Positions 50,025-58,943 of a DNA stretch of 64,000 bases are shown here, piece after piece. The position numbers and the translations under genes were made by a program. The stretch comes from Myxococcales bacterium. Lineage in GTDB: Bacteria > Myxococcota_A > Polyangia > Nannocystales > Nannocystaceae. The notes beneath the pieces are model-generated. The model was not told where the DNA came from and ran no database searches. It saw only the letters and a program-made list of their open reading frames with translations. Within the stretch, counting starts at the first letter, position 1. Each line of letters starts with the position of its first letter. The stretch lies in NCBI GenBank assembly GCA_020633315.1, contig JACKDV010000004.1, forward strand, positions 512,071 through 576,070, written 5' to 3'.

Positions 50025-50683
50025 GCGTCATCGAGATCGAGGACCTGGGCATCCGACGAGGCGCCGCCGCGCTGCAGGGCGTGTCGCTGCGGGTGGGCGA
50101 GGGCGAGTCGGTGGCGGTGGTGGGCGACGACCAGGCCAGCCTCACCCTGCTCGTACGCTGCTGCGGGGGCCTGCTGCGCCCCGATCGCGGGCACGTGCGC
50201 GTGGGGGGGGTCGACGTGGTGGCGGCCGACCGGCACGCCCTGCTGGACCTGCGGCGAGCCTTGGGCTACGTGTCGATCCACGGGGGCCTGCTCGCCAACA
50301 TGACGCTGCGCGACAACGTGGAGCTGCCCATGCGCTACCACGCCGTGGCCGAGCCGGCCGAGATCACGGCCCGAGCCGACGCCCTGCTCGACGAGGCCGG
50401 GCTGCAGGGCCGCGCCAACGAGCCCGCCTCGGCCCTGCCCGCCGAGATCCAGAAGGTCGTGGCCTACCTGCGCGCGGTGGCGACCGAGCCGCGGGTGCTG
50501 CTGGTGGAGGACCCCAGCGCCCTGCTGCCGCCCCGCGGCCGGGCGTTCGTGCGCGGGCTCCATCGCCGGCTGCGCGAGCGCGGGGTGACGGTGCTGGTGA
50601 CCGACGACGACGTCGCCTTCGCGGCCGAGCTCACCGATCGGCAGCTCCGCATCGAGAGCCTCTCGCGGGGAGGCGCCGCGTGA
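50024..50683 (+). CDS. MlaF-like ABC ATPase paralog with degenerate catalytic motifs (pseudo-ATPase)
   Basis: ABC NBD fold and length. Walker A lacks the Lys (VAVVGDDQASLTLL instead of GxxGxGKS/T). Signature degenerate (LPAEIQKVV instead of LSGGQ). Walker B is VLLVEDPS. H-loop His replaced (VTVLVTDDD). Start overlaps the mlaE stop (ATGA). Confidence 0.7.
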   Translation, partial: SVIEIEDLGIRRGAAALQGVSLRVGEGESVAVVGDDQASLTLLVRCCGGLLRPDRGHVRVGGVDVVAADRHALLDLRRALGYVSIHGGLLANMTLRDNVELPMRYHAVAEPAEITARADALLDEAGLQGRANEPASALPAEIQKVVAYLRAVATEPRVLLVEDPSALLPPRGRAFVRGLHRRLRERGVTVLVTDDDVAFAAELTDRQLRIESLSRGGAA

Positions 50684-51720
50684 GCCTGCCGTTCCGCATC
50701 CGCCGGGCCGAGTGGGTGGCGGGGGCCTTCGTGCTCCTGGCCGTGGTCGCCCTGGTCGCCAGCCTGGTGCTGCTGTCGCGCGCGCGGGGCAGCTTCGAGG
50801 CCACGACCACCTACACCGTGGTCCTCCGCGACGGCTACGGCATCACCCCCGGCAGCCGGGTGGAGATGCTCGGCATCGACGTGGGCAGCATCACCGAGCT
50901 CGAGATCAGCGACGACAACCAAGTGGTGGTGGAGCTCGAGGTCCGCGAGAGCTTCGCCCCGCGGATCGCCGAGGGCTCCACCGCGCGGGTCAAGGCCTCG
51001 CTCGACCTGCAGGGCGTGCTGGGTGGGGTGGGCCTGGCCATCACCCCGGGCCGCCCCGACTCGACCCCGCTGCCGCCGGGCTCCCGCATCGAGGTGCACG
51101 AGCCCACCAGCCTGGTCGACCTGCTGCCCGTGGTGCCCGGCGATCCGCTGGTGGACGACCTCGCCGCGCTGGTGCACAACGCCCGGCTGATGAGCGACGA
51201 GGTGGCCGACCCCGAGTCGCCGCTGCACCGGGCGCTGGCCCAGCTCACCGAGCTGCTGGTGAAGATCCAGGACCGCGAGAGCACGGTGGGCCGCGTGCTC
51301 CAGGACGACGGCGAGCTCTACGGCCGCCTGATCGGCGTGCTCGACGACGTGGACGGCACGATGGGGCGGCTCGAGAAGGTGCTGGCGCGCTCCGACCGGC
51401 TGCTCCGCAGCGCCGACGGCATGGTCGACCGCGGCGACGAGCTGATGGAGGGCGCCGACGAGCTGATGGACAGCAGCGCCAAGGTGGTCGCCGGGATCCC
51501 GCCCGTGCTCGACGGCACCGATGCGGCGATGAAGGATCTCGACGAGGCGGTGCGAGCCTTCGCCGAGACCACCCGCGAGCTGAAGGCCGTCGTCGAGTCC
51601 ATGGGCCCGCTGGTGGAGCACATGGACGAGATGGTCGAGGACATGGACGCGGTGGCCGAGGCCGCGGCCAAGGTGTGGCCGCTGCGAAGGCACGCCCGCC
51701 GGGCCAAGCGCGGGGACTGA
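50680..51720 (+). CDS. MlaD/MCE-family protein with C-terminal helical extension
   Basis: N-terminal TM (WVAGAFVLLAVVALVASLVLL) followed by the MCE domain (YTVVLRDGYGITPGSRVEMLGIDVGSITELEI). Overlaps the upstream stop by 4 nt. Confidence 0.8.
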   Translation: MSLPFRIRRAEWVAGAFVLLAVVALVASLVLLSRARGSFEATTTYTVVLRDGYGITPGSRVEMLGIDVGSITELEISDDNQVVVELEVRESFAPRIAEGSTARVKASLDLQGVLGGVGLAITPGRPDSTPLPPGSRIEVHEPTSLVDLLPVVPGDPLVDDLAALVHNARLMSDEVADPESPLHRALAQLTELLVKIQDRESTVGRVLQDDGELYGRLIGVLDDVDGTMGRLEKVLARSDRLLRSADGMVDRGDELMEGADELMDSSAKVVAGIPPVLDGTDAAMKDLDEAVRAFAETTRELKAVVESMGPLVEHMDEMVEDMDAVAEAAAKVWPLRRHARRAKRGD

Positions 51721-51734
51721 GCCGCGGGTCCCCC

Positions 51735-52718
51735 TCAGCCGGCGGCGAGCTGATCCATCAGGTCGCCGAAGTACGAGGGCAGGCTGTCCCACGGGTTGGG
51801 GAGCACGTCGTCGGTCACGTAGATCCAGCCCACGTGCTGCAGCGCCGCGCTCACGAAGCCCGCGTCGAGGCTCGGCACCGAGTGGGGGATGATGGCGAAG
51901 TGGCTGCGGTCGTAGGCGTCGGTCCAGCCGCCCAGCGCCTCGGGCATGGGCAGCCCCGCGGCCTCGTAGACGAACATCGTGTCGACGGTGTCGACGAAGC
52001 TCTCGGGGATGCCCGCCCCCGGGTTGCCCACGGTGAAGCCGAAGCCCAGGCCGGCGGCGAAGGTCGACAGCCCCGCGTAGTACGCCTCGTTCCCCGGCAC
52101 GTTGCTCATCTCGTCGAACATGATGCCCTCGAGCTGCGGATAGAAGCTCGCATAGCTGGTGATGTCGGCCTGCACGTCGGCCGCGGGGCGGCCCGCGTAG
52201 GAGGTGTAGACGTAGCCGATCACCACCACCCCGGCGGCCTGGAGCGCCGTGATCCCGGCGTCGTAGCTCGGATCGAGGACCATGCCGGGGCCGCTGCCGG
52301 GATTGATGATCGCCACCACCTCGACCTCGGGGTGCTCGAGCTTGGCGGTCGCGACCGTGGTCCAGCTCGGGTCGGTGGGATAGGTGTACAGCGGGATGAT
52401 CGTGCCGCCGGCCTCGAGCACGGCGCCCGTGCTGGAGTCGGCGCCCGTGCTCGTGTCCGCCCCGCCCGTGCTCGTGTCCGCCCCGCCCGTGCTCGTGTCC
52501 GCCCCGCCCGTGCTCGTGTCCGCCATGCCGCTCGATCCGATGCCGTCGCTGGTGGAGGGGGCGGAGGTGCGGGTGTCCCCCGTGGTCGAGGTGTTGGCCC
52601 CGGTGGAGCCCCCGTCGCTGGAGCCCTCGTCGTCGGAGCCGGGGCAGCCGCCCGCTCCCAGGGCCAGCAGCGCCGCGAGGATGGAGGCAAGAGGTCGTGA
52701 GGCCAAGGTGAGTCGCAT
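51735..52718 (-). CDS. Spherulation-specific family 4 (Spherulin-4-like) secreted lipoprotein with Thr/Ser/Gly tandem repeat linker
   Basis: Lipoprotein signal (ILAALLALGAGGCPG). TSTGGAD x4 repeat. The conserved Spherulin-4 core includes IIPLYTYP...W and VVAIINPGSGPG. Confidence 0.7.
   Translation of the reverse strand: MRLTLASRPLASILAALLALGAGGCPGSDDEGSSDGGSTGANTSTTGDTRTSAPSTSDGIGSSGMADTSTGGADTSTGGADTSTGGADTSTGADSSTGAVLEAGGTIIPLYTYPTDPSWTTVATAKLEHPEVEVVAIINPGSGPGMVLDPSYDAGITALQAAGVVVIGYVYTSYAGRPAADVQADITSYASFYPQLEGIMFDEMSNVPGNEAYYAGLSTFAAGLGFGFTVGNPGAGIPESFVDTVDTMFVYEAAGLPMPEALGGWTDAYDRSHFAIIPHSVPSLDAGFVSAALQHVGWIYVTDDVLPNPWDSLPSYFGDLMDQLAAG
52426..52524. repeat. 21-bp tandem repeat, ~4.5 copies (gcccgtgctcgtgtccgcccc), encoding TSTGGAD repeats on the minus strand
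   Basis: Three perfect consecutive 21-mers plus flanking imperfect copies, visible directly in the sequence at 52441..52520. Confidence 0.8.
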
Positions 52719-52750
52719 GCTCGTCTCGCTCCGCATCCGCAGTGGCTCCG

Positions 52751-52948
52751 CTAGTGAATCGCGGGCTCGTCGGTGCTCGGCTCGTCCTCCTCGGGCACGA
52801 GCACGGCCCCCAGCGCCTTGAACAGATCCTCGAGCTGCGGCCGCTCCATGCGGAGGGTCACCGCGCCCGTGCTCACGTGGTACACGCCGCAGGAGCAGCG
52901 AGCGATGCGGCACTGGGGCCGCTGGACGAGGACCTTGCGGATGTGTTC
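52751..52948 (-). CDS. Small Cys-containing hypothetical protein (65 aa)
   Basis: MEHIRKVLVQRPQCRIARCSCGVYHVSTGAVTLRMERPQLEDLFKALGAVLVPEEDEPSTDEPAIH. Strongly GC3-biased codons and non-repetitive sequence. No recognised family. Confidence 0.35.
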   Translation of the reverse strand, partial: EHIRKVLVQRPQCRIARCSCGVYHVSTGAVTLRMERPQLEDLFKALGAVLVPEEDEPSTDEPAIH

Positions 52949-53099
52949 CATCGGGACGGCTCCCGCGAAGCGTAGCAACTCGGGGCGGCCGCGTCCCCGC
53001 CGCGCCCTCGATCGGTGCTTCCACGAAGATGGCCGCGCCCGCGCTCGGTCGCCTCCATCGCCCGCCCGGGCTGCTCCTGCGATCACAGGGAGCGCCCGC

Positions 53100-55571
53100 C
53101 TACCCCGGCGGCGCGCACTCGATCTCGACCGCGTCGGTGTTGTTCTGGTCGTTGCACTCCACCGTCAGCGCCCCGCCCATGCCGTCGTCGTTGACCACCA
53201 TGGTGATGAGGCCCATCACCTCCGAGCCGATGGCGCAGCTCACCTCGCGGCACTCGCCCACGGGCACCGGCTCGGCGGTGTAGGCCACGCACAGCACCTG
53301 GCCGTCGGCGGGGTCGCCCAGGTAGAAGGTGGCGGGCAGGGCCGCCGCCACCGCCTTGAGCCCGCGGTTGCACACCGTACCCATCAGGATGATGTCGGAG
53401 CCGTCGAGGGTGCAGGCCGAGTCCTCGAGCTTGCCGGTGATGTCGGGCAATTCCTCGGCCGAGGCGTCACCCTGCTCGTTCTGCCGGTAGTTGTTGCGCG
53501 CGGGGTCGCTGAAGTTCTGCTCCCACACCCCGGTGGCGGGGATGCTCAGGTCGTCGCCCACGTTGGTGATGGAGTAGGCGTGCTGGTTCCACAGCGAGCG
53601 CGAGCTGGCCCAGCGGTCGAGGCGATCGCGGAGCACCCTCACCCCCGAGATCGCGGTGCCGGGCGGGTGCGTGGCGCGGCAGGTGTTGCCGGTGCCCCCG
53701 GTGCCGGCCGGCGGCGCGGCGCAGCTGTGGCCGCCCGGGCACTCGCCGTCGTCGGCACAGCGGCAGAAGCCGGCGTCGCACACCCCCGAGGGGCAGCCGG
53801 TGCCGTCCTCGCAGCGCAGGCCCCGGTGGATCGGATCGATGGCCGGGCAGCTCACGCTGCAGTTGGTGTTGGAGCCGACCAGGATCTCGGTGTTGTCGTC
53901 GATGTCGAGGTCGGCCACGATCGGGTTCTCGTACCAGGTGCACGAGGTGCGCGCGGACGAGTAGAGCACCTCGCCCGAGGCGCCCTCGTAGACCCGCAGG
54001 TAGCACTCGTCGCCGTAGACCGCCTCGGCCTGGCCGTCGCCCTCGAAGTCGAAGATCGACGAGCCGGTGTTGCTCGAGCTGAGGTCCTGCGAGGGCTGCA
54101 CCCAGCGCACCCACTGCCCCGCGCAGCCGGGGGTCATGGCGTCCACGCAGTCGAGATCGAACACGCGATAGTAGTTGCCGCCGGCCGAGGCGATCTCGGG
54201 CAGGCCGTCGTCGTCGAAGTCGCCGATGGTGGGCGGGCCTCCGCCCGCGATCCCGCCCACGCTCAGCAGCGGCTGCCCGTCGAGGGTGTGCAGCTCCACC
54301 GTGCCCGCGCCCACCGTCACCACCTCGGCGATGCCGTCGAGGGTGGCGCGGTCGAAGTCGGCCGGGGTCGGGCCCGGGGTGCCGAAGTCGGCGAAGCCGT
54401 AGTGCCGCCCGCCCGGCGAGCCCGGGTGGGTCATCAGCCACTGGCTGGAGCCGGGATCCCAGCTCCAGATCCCGTTGGCGACCAGGTCGGCCGTGCCGTC
54501 GCGGTCGAGGTCGCCCACCACCGAGAACACCCCCGGCGAGACCCCGTAGCCTCCCGCCACGAGCTGCCCCGGGTTGAGCCGCGCTCCGGTCACGCCGTCG
54601 TAGACCTCGCTGCTGCTCACCACCTCGGGCATGCCGTCGCCGTCGAGGTCGTGGATGGCGGGGCCGTCCCAGCGGTTGGCGCCCGAGATGTTGGTGTCGC
54701 CCGCGACCCACATCGTCACGTAGCGCTGGGTGCCGGGATCCCAGGTGAAGGCCACCACCCCGCTCACCGCCCGCAGGGTGACGATCTCGGGGACCCCGTC
54801 GCCGTCGAGATCGCCGATGGCCGGCGGCGTGGCGGCGATGATGCGGTTGGCCGGGTCATCGATGGTGTCGACCTGCTCGCAGGTCTGCCCGTTGAGGATG
54901 CGGATCACCCCGTAGCACGCGGGATCGGAGCCCCAGCTCGAGGCCGAGCCGCCGTCGGTGCAGTTGTAGGTGACCAGCGCAATCTCGCCGGGATGCCCCG
55001 AGTCGTAGGGGAGCTGGGCCACCAGCGGAGTGGTGAGCACGTTGACGTGGTTGGGGAAGGGATCGCCGACCGGCGGCGTCGTCCACTCGCACTGCAGGTC
55101 GGGCTCGAACAGGCCGATCACCACGTCGCCCAGGCACTCGTCGTCCACGTCGCCGCGCGGGCCCTCGCCGTAGGGGATGCACCAGCCGCCCTCCTCGCCC
55201 TCGGGCAGGCAGCCCTCGGCGCAGCAGTAGGTGTCGCCCGTGCAGTCGTCGTCGGTCTCGCAGGGACCATCGGTGGGCACGCACTCGCCCGCGGCGCAGG
55301 CCTGCAGCTCGGGGCAATCCAGGCTCGCCGTGCAGCTCATCCCGCCGGTGCCGGTGGAGTCGGCCCCCGTCGCCACCTCGGTCTCGCCCTCGGTGCCGCC
55401 GGTGGCCGAGTCGGTCTCGCCGTCGGTGGCGGTGACGGTGATCGGCGGAACCCCGGTGTCGGGGCCATCGGCGGGCGGCGTGCCGTTGCAGGCCCCCGCC
55501 ATCGCCATCGTGGTGAGCCCGACCCCCGCGGTCCCGCGCAGTCCTCGCTTCGTCCCTCGTTGCCTCTGCAT
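53100..55571 (-). CDS. Large secreted FG-GAP (integrin-alpha-like beta-propeller) repeat protein with Cys-rich modules
   Basis: Multiple FG-GAP/Ca-binding loops (IGDLDGDGVPEIV, HDLDGDGMPEVV, VGDLDRDGTADLV, IGDFDDDGLPEIA, FDFEGDGQAEAV, ADLDIDDNTEILV). Cys-rich EGF-like stretches. Lipoprotein-like signal after MQRQRG. Confidence 0.75.
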   Translation of the reverse strand: MQRQRGTKRGLRGTAGVGLTTMAMAGACNGTPPADGPDTGVPPITVTATDGETDSATGGTEGETEVATGADSTGTGGMSCTASLDCPELQACAAGECVPTDGPCETDDDCTGDTYCCAEGCLPEGEEGGWCIPYGEGPRGDVDDECLGDVVIGLFEPDLQCEWTTPPVGDPFPNHVNVLTTPLVAQLPYDSGHPGEIALVTYNCTDGGSASSWGSDPACYGVIRILNGQTCEQVDTIDDPANRIIAATPPAIGDLDGDGVPEIVTLRAVSGVVAFTWDPGTQRYVTMWVAGDTNISGANRWDGPAIHDLDGDGMPEVVSSSEVYDGVTGARLNPGQLVAGGYGVSPGVFSVVGDLDRDGTADLVANGIWSWDPGSSQWLMTHPGSPGGRHYGFADFGTPGPTPADFDRATLDGIAEVVTVGAGTVELHTLDGQPLLSVGGIAGGGPPTIGDFDDDGLPEIASAGGNYYRVFDLDCVDAMTPGCAGQWVRWVQPSQDLSSSNTGSSIFDFEGDGQAEAVYGDECYLRVYEGASGEVLYSSARTSCTWYENPIVADLDIDDNTEILVGSNTNCSVSCPAIDPIHRGLRCEDGTGCPSGVCDAGFCRCADDGECPGGHSCAAPPAGTGGTGNTCRATHPPGTAISGVRVLRDRLDRWASSRSLWNQHAYSITNVGDDLSIPATGVWEQNFSDPARNNYRQNEQGDASAEELPDITGKLEDSACTLDGSDIILMGTVCNRGLKAVAAALPATFYLGDPADGQVLCVAYTAEPVPVGECREVSCAIGSEVMGLITMVVNDDGMGGALTVECNDQNNTDAVEIECAPPG

Positions 55572-55803
55572 TGCCCCGACTCCTCTCGCTCGCGGCCTCG
55601 CGGCCGTGGCCTCGCGGCCTGGCCCTCGCGCCGCGCCCAGCCCAGGATAGGACACCGCTTCGTCACGTTTTGCCGACATCGACGGCCCCCACGACGTGGG
55701 ACCGCGCCGGACCGTGCCGCGGCGCTCGATGCCGCTCCGTGCCCGCGAGGCCGGGTCGCTTTGACAGCCCGGCCCCGCGGGCGCACGCTGCCCGTGAGCA
55801 CGG

Positions 55804-57108
55804 ATGGCCGATCGACCAGCCACCAAGGGACGACGCTTGATCCGCCTCGCCGGGATGACCGCGCGGGTCGCGACCAACTACACCAAGTCCCGGGTCAAGT
55901 CGGTGTTCCTGAGCAAGGAGTCGGCCGAGCGCGATCGGGTCAAGGCCCACGAGGAGGCGGGCGAGCTCATCGCCAAGACCCTCGGCGAGCTCAAGGGCGC
56001 GGTGATGAAGGTGGGCCAGATGGCCTCCATCGCCGGCGACCTGCTGCCCAAGGAGCTCGCCGACGCCCTCGGGGCCCTGCAGCGCGAGGCGCCCCCCATG
56101 GACTTCTCGGTGATCGCCGAGCAGATCGAGCGGGAGCTGGGCGCCCCGCCGCCCATGCTCTTCCAGCGCTTCGACGAGCAGCCCTTCGCCTCGGCCTCGA
56201 TCGGCCAGGTGCACCGCGCCCGCACCGACGACGGGCGCGAGGTGGTGGTGAAGGTGCAGTACCCGGGGGTCGACGACGCGGTCGACTCCGACCTCGCCCA
56301 CCTCAAGATCGCGCTGCGAGCCAGCGGCCTGGTGAAGGTGAAGAAGCAGGCGCTCGACGCCGTGTTCGCCGAGATCAAGGCGCGGCTGCACGAGGAGCTC
56401 GACTACTGCAACGAGTCCGACAACGTGCGGCTGTTCGGCGAGTACTACCGAGGGCGCGAGGGCGTGGTGGTGCCCGAGGTGGTCGGCGAGCGCAGCAGCC
56501 AGCGGGTGCTCACCCTCACCTACGAGCCGGGGCACCACATCGGCGAGCTCGAGGAGTTCCCGCAGCAGGTGCGCAACCGCATCGGCGAGGCGCTGTTTCG
56601 GCTGCTGGCCCAGCAGATCTTCGAGCTAGGGGTGCTCCACGCCGACCCCAACCCCGGCAACTTCGCGTTCCGCCCCGACGGCACGATCGTGCTGTACGAC
56701 TTCGGCTGCATCAAGCGCCTCGATCCCGAGATCGTGGAGGCCTACCGCGACACGATCCGGGCCGGCTTCGACGAGGACTACGCGGGCGTGGAGGACGGCC
56801 TGGTGCGCCTGGGCGCGCGCAACCTCGAGGGACCGCAGGTCCCGCTGGACTACTACAAGCCCTGGCGCGACATCTTCATGCGCCCGCTGCTCGGCGACGA
56901 GCCCTACGACTACGGCCACTCGAGCCTGCAGCAGGACGCGCTCAAGCTCGTCCCCGGCTTCATCACCAAGTACATGCGCAGCTTCCAGCCGCCCGTCGAG
57001 CTGGTGTTCCTCGATCGCGTGGTGGTGGGGCACTACGGCAACCTGCGCAAGCTGGGCGCGATCGGCCAGTACCGCGGGCTGCTCGAGCCCTACGTGGCGC
57101 AGGGCTGA
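55804..57108 (+). CDS. ABC1/UbiB (aarF-domain) family atypical protein kinase
   Basis: ABC1 family motifs: KxGQ (VMKVGQMASIAGDLLP), FDEQPFASASIGQVHRA, VVKVQYPGV, and catalytic HADPNPGNF...YDFG. Confidence 0.85.
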   Translation: MADRPATKGRRLIRLAGMTARVATNYTKSRVKSVFLSKESAERDRVKAHEEAGELIAKTLGELKGAVMKVGQMASIAGDLLPKELADALGALQREAPPMDFSVIAEQIERELGAPPPMLFQRFDEQPFASASIGQVHRARTDDGREVVVKVQYPGVDDAVDSDLAHLKIALRASGLVKVKKQALDAVFAEIKARLHEELDYCNESDNVRLFGEYYRGREGVVVPEVVGERSSQRVLTLTYEPGHHIGELEEFPQQVRNRIGEALFRLLAQQIFELGVLHADPNPGNFAFRPDGTIVLYDFGCIKRLDPEIVEAYRDTIRAGFDEDYAGVEDGLVRLGARNLEGPQVPLDYYKPWRDIFMRPLLGDEPYDYGHSSLQQDALKLVPGFITKYMRSFQPPVELVFLDRVVVGHYGNLRKLGAIGQYRGLLEPYVAQG

Positions 57109-57123
57109 CCGCGAGCACCTCGC

Positions 57124-58002
57124 TCAGCTCGGGCTCGCGGGGAGCTGCGCGGTGAGCCAGGCCACCATGTCCTCGGTGGGCTCGTAGGAATCTCGCACCT
57201 CGGCGACCCCCGGCTCGGTCGTCAGCCAGGTCGGGCACTCCTGGTCGGGGGGGAAGGTGGTCTCGGCGAACACGCGACCGGTGCGGCGCTCGTGGATCCT
57301 CACGACCGTGTCCTTGAGCACCATCGTGACGTCGGGCTGCGGGTTGCCGTTGTCGTCGGTGTAGCCCGTGCAGACGTTGGTCTTGTCGCTGTCGGGCCGC
57401 ACCACGATGACGACCGCGTCGAGATCGGCCAGCGTCGGCGCGGGCGCCCCGAAGAGCCTTCGCTCGATGCCGTCGAACCAGATCGCGTTGCGGACGGGGC
57501 CCTCGGCGTTGGTCTCGCCCGTGAACAGCAGCGGTCCGCTGGCCACCTCCAGCAGCGTGTCCTTGACCCCGTAGGCGCTCTGGGGCGGAGCCTTCACCTC
57601 GATCGCGCTGCCGCCCGGCGGCGTGATCGTGAAGGAGGCGGCGTCGAAGGTCGCGTTGGGATCCCCCACGGAGTCGGTCGGCAGCGAGCCGTACATCGCG
57701 ACGACCCTGGTCTCGACGCTCGCATCGCCCTCCCCGTCGACCGTGGCCGTCGCGGTCCCGACCGCGATGGTCGTCCCGGGGGGAAAGCCCTTGACGAACA
57801 ATGAGTAGGTGCCTTCGACGAGCAGCACCTGGCCCCACATATCGTCCTCGTCCTTCACGTGGAATCGGATGTCCGACTCCCACTCGAAGGCATCGGAGCC
57901 GGTGAGGTACTTGGTGCGCCCCTCGAGGTTCTGGCAGCCGACGAGCAGGCTCGTGACGATACCGAGCACGAGAGCGATGGAATGGCGACCCGGAGCCAGC
58001 AC
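57124..58002 (-). CDS. Lipoprotein, hypothetical (GTG start)
   Basis: Coherent sequence begins at VLAPGRHSIALVLGIVTSLLVGCQN (lipobox). Upstream part of the ORF-track frame is Arg-rich junk. Confidence 0.5.
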   Translation of the reverse strand: MLAPGRHSIALVLGIVTSLLVGCQNLEGRTKYLTGSDAFEWESDIRFHVKDEDDMWGQVLLVEGTYSLFVKGFPPGTTIAVGTATATVDGEGDASVETRVVAMYGSLPTDSVGDPNATFDAASFTITPPGGSAIEVKAPPQSAYGVKDTLLEVASGPLLFTGETNAEGPVRNAIWFDGIERRLFGAPAPTLADLDAVVIVVRPDSDKTNVCTGYTDDNGNPQPDVTMVLKDTVVRIHERRTGRVFAETTFPPDQECPTWLTTEPGVAEVRDSYEPTEDMVAWLTAQLPASPS

Positions 58003-58088
58003 GGGGGGAGCTTGCCCACATCGCCTCGGGCCCGTCAATGCCAGCGGGGGCGCGTGCACCCTCGGCCCGTGACGCACCAGCGGCCTCG

Positions 58089-58943
58089 CTACAGCTCGCA
58101 GGGCAGGGCCATCGCACACTGGCACAACGCCACGTCCGGCAGCTCGTCGCAGGGCACCCAGCCGAAGGGCGGCGGCTCGTAGCGCTGGGGCAGCTTGATC
58201 ACCGCGCCCAGCTCGGGGGCGAGGTAGGGCGTGGGCACCGGCGTGGGCACGGTGCCCTCCGGCACGAACACGCAGTACTCCATCGGCAGATCGCACAGGC
58301 ACGAGCCGCCGCCGGCGTCGGTGATCGGGCGGCCGGTGACGAAGGGGCCGCAGCCCGCGTCGAGGCACTCGGGAGCGCTGGTCAGCTCGGTGCAGTGCAC
58401 CGGCGGCACCTGATCGGCCGGCAGGCAGTAGCTGCCGCCACAATCCGCACGGCCGCCGCAGATGCAGCCGAGCTCCGGGTCCTCCTCGCAGGACCACCCG
58501 CTGCTGACGCAGCCGCCCCAGTCCAGCGGCCGGTGGCAGACCTCACCCGAGGCGCAGTCCTCGGGGCCGTCGCAGCGAAAGCGCAGGCAGCCGTCGACGT
58601 CGTAGGGCGAGTTGGGTCGGCCGCACTGCTGACCGCGGCAGTCGATCGGGCCGTCACAGCCGTGCTCTGGCACCGGCGGGCACGCGACGGGGCTCCCCGT
58701 GGCGTCGGTCGCCTCCGAGCCATCGTCGCTGGTCGGACCCACGCTGGTCGGTCCCATGCTTGTCGGTCCCGCGCTGGTCGGACCCATGCTGGTCTCGGCC
58801 GTACCCGCGCCGGTGGTGCCGTCGGCGGTCGCGTCACTGCTGCCGCTGCCGCTGGCGTCGTCGAGATCGACGGCCGGACCACAGGCCAGCCCCCCGCCGA
58901 CCAGCAGCACCGCGCCCGCGAAGCGCCAGACCCGGAGGCTCAC
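58089..58943 (-). CDS. Cys-rich secreted lipoprotein with GPTS(A/M/V) repeat linker
   Basis: GTG start overlapping the upstream stop (GTGA). Signal/lipobox (WRFAGAVLLVGGGLACG). More than 25 Cys in the C-terminal half. Confidence 0.6.
   Translation of the reverse strand: MSLRVWRFAGAVLLVGGGLACGPAVDLDDASGSGSSDATADGTTGAGTAETSMGPTSAGPTSMGPTSVGPTSDDGSEATDATGSPVACPPVPEHGCDGPIDCRGQQCGRPNSPYDVDGCLRFRCDGPEDCASGEVCHRPLDWGGCVSSGWSCEEDPELGCICGGRADCGGSYCLPADQVPPVHCTELTSAPECLDAGCGPFVTGRPITDAGGGSCLCDLPMEYCVFVPEGTVPTPVPTPYLAPELGAVIKLPQRYEPPPFGWVPCDELPDVALCQCAMALPCEL
58728..58795. repeat. Imperfect 15-bp tandem repeat x4 (gctggtcggacccac-like), encoding GPTS(x) repeats
   Basis: Visible directly: gctggtcggacccacgctggtcggtcccatgcttgtcggtcccgcgctggtcggacccatgctggtc. 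Confidence 0.7.

Noticed and set aside
52773-57155. 1460-aa ORF spanning the FG-GAP and ABC1-kinase region
   Set aside because: Uninterrupted only because of GC bias. The translation is Arg/Ala/Gly/Pro-rich and spans two convergent real genes.
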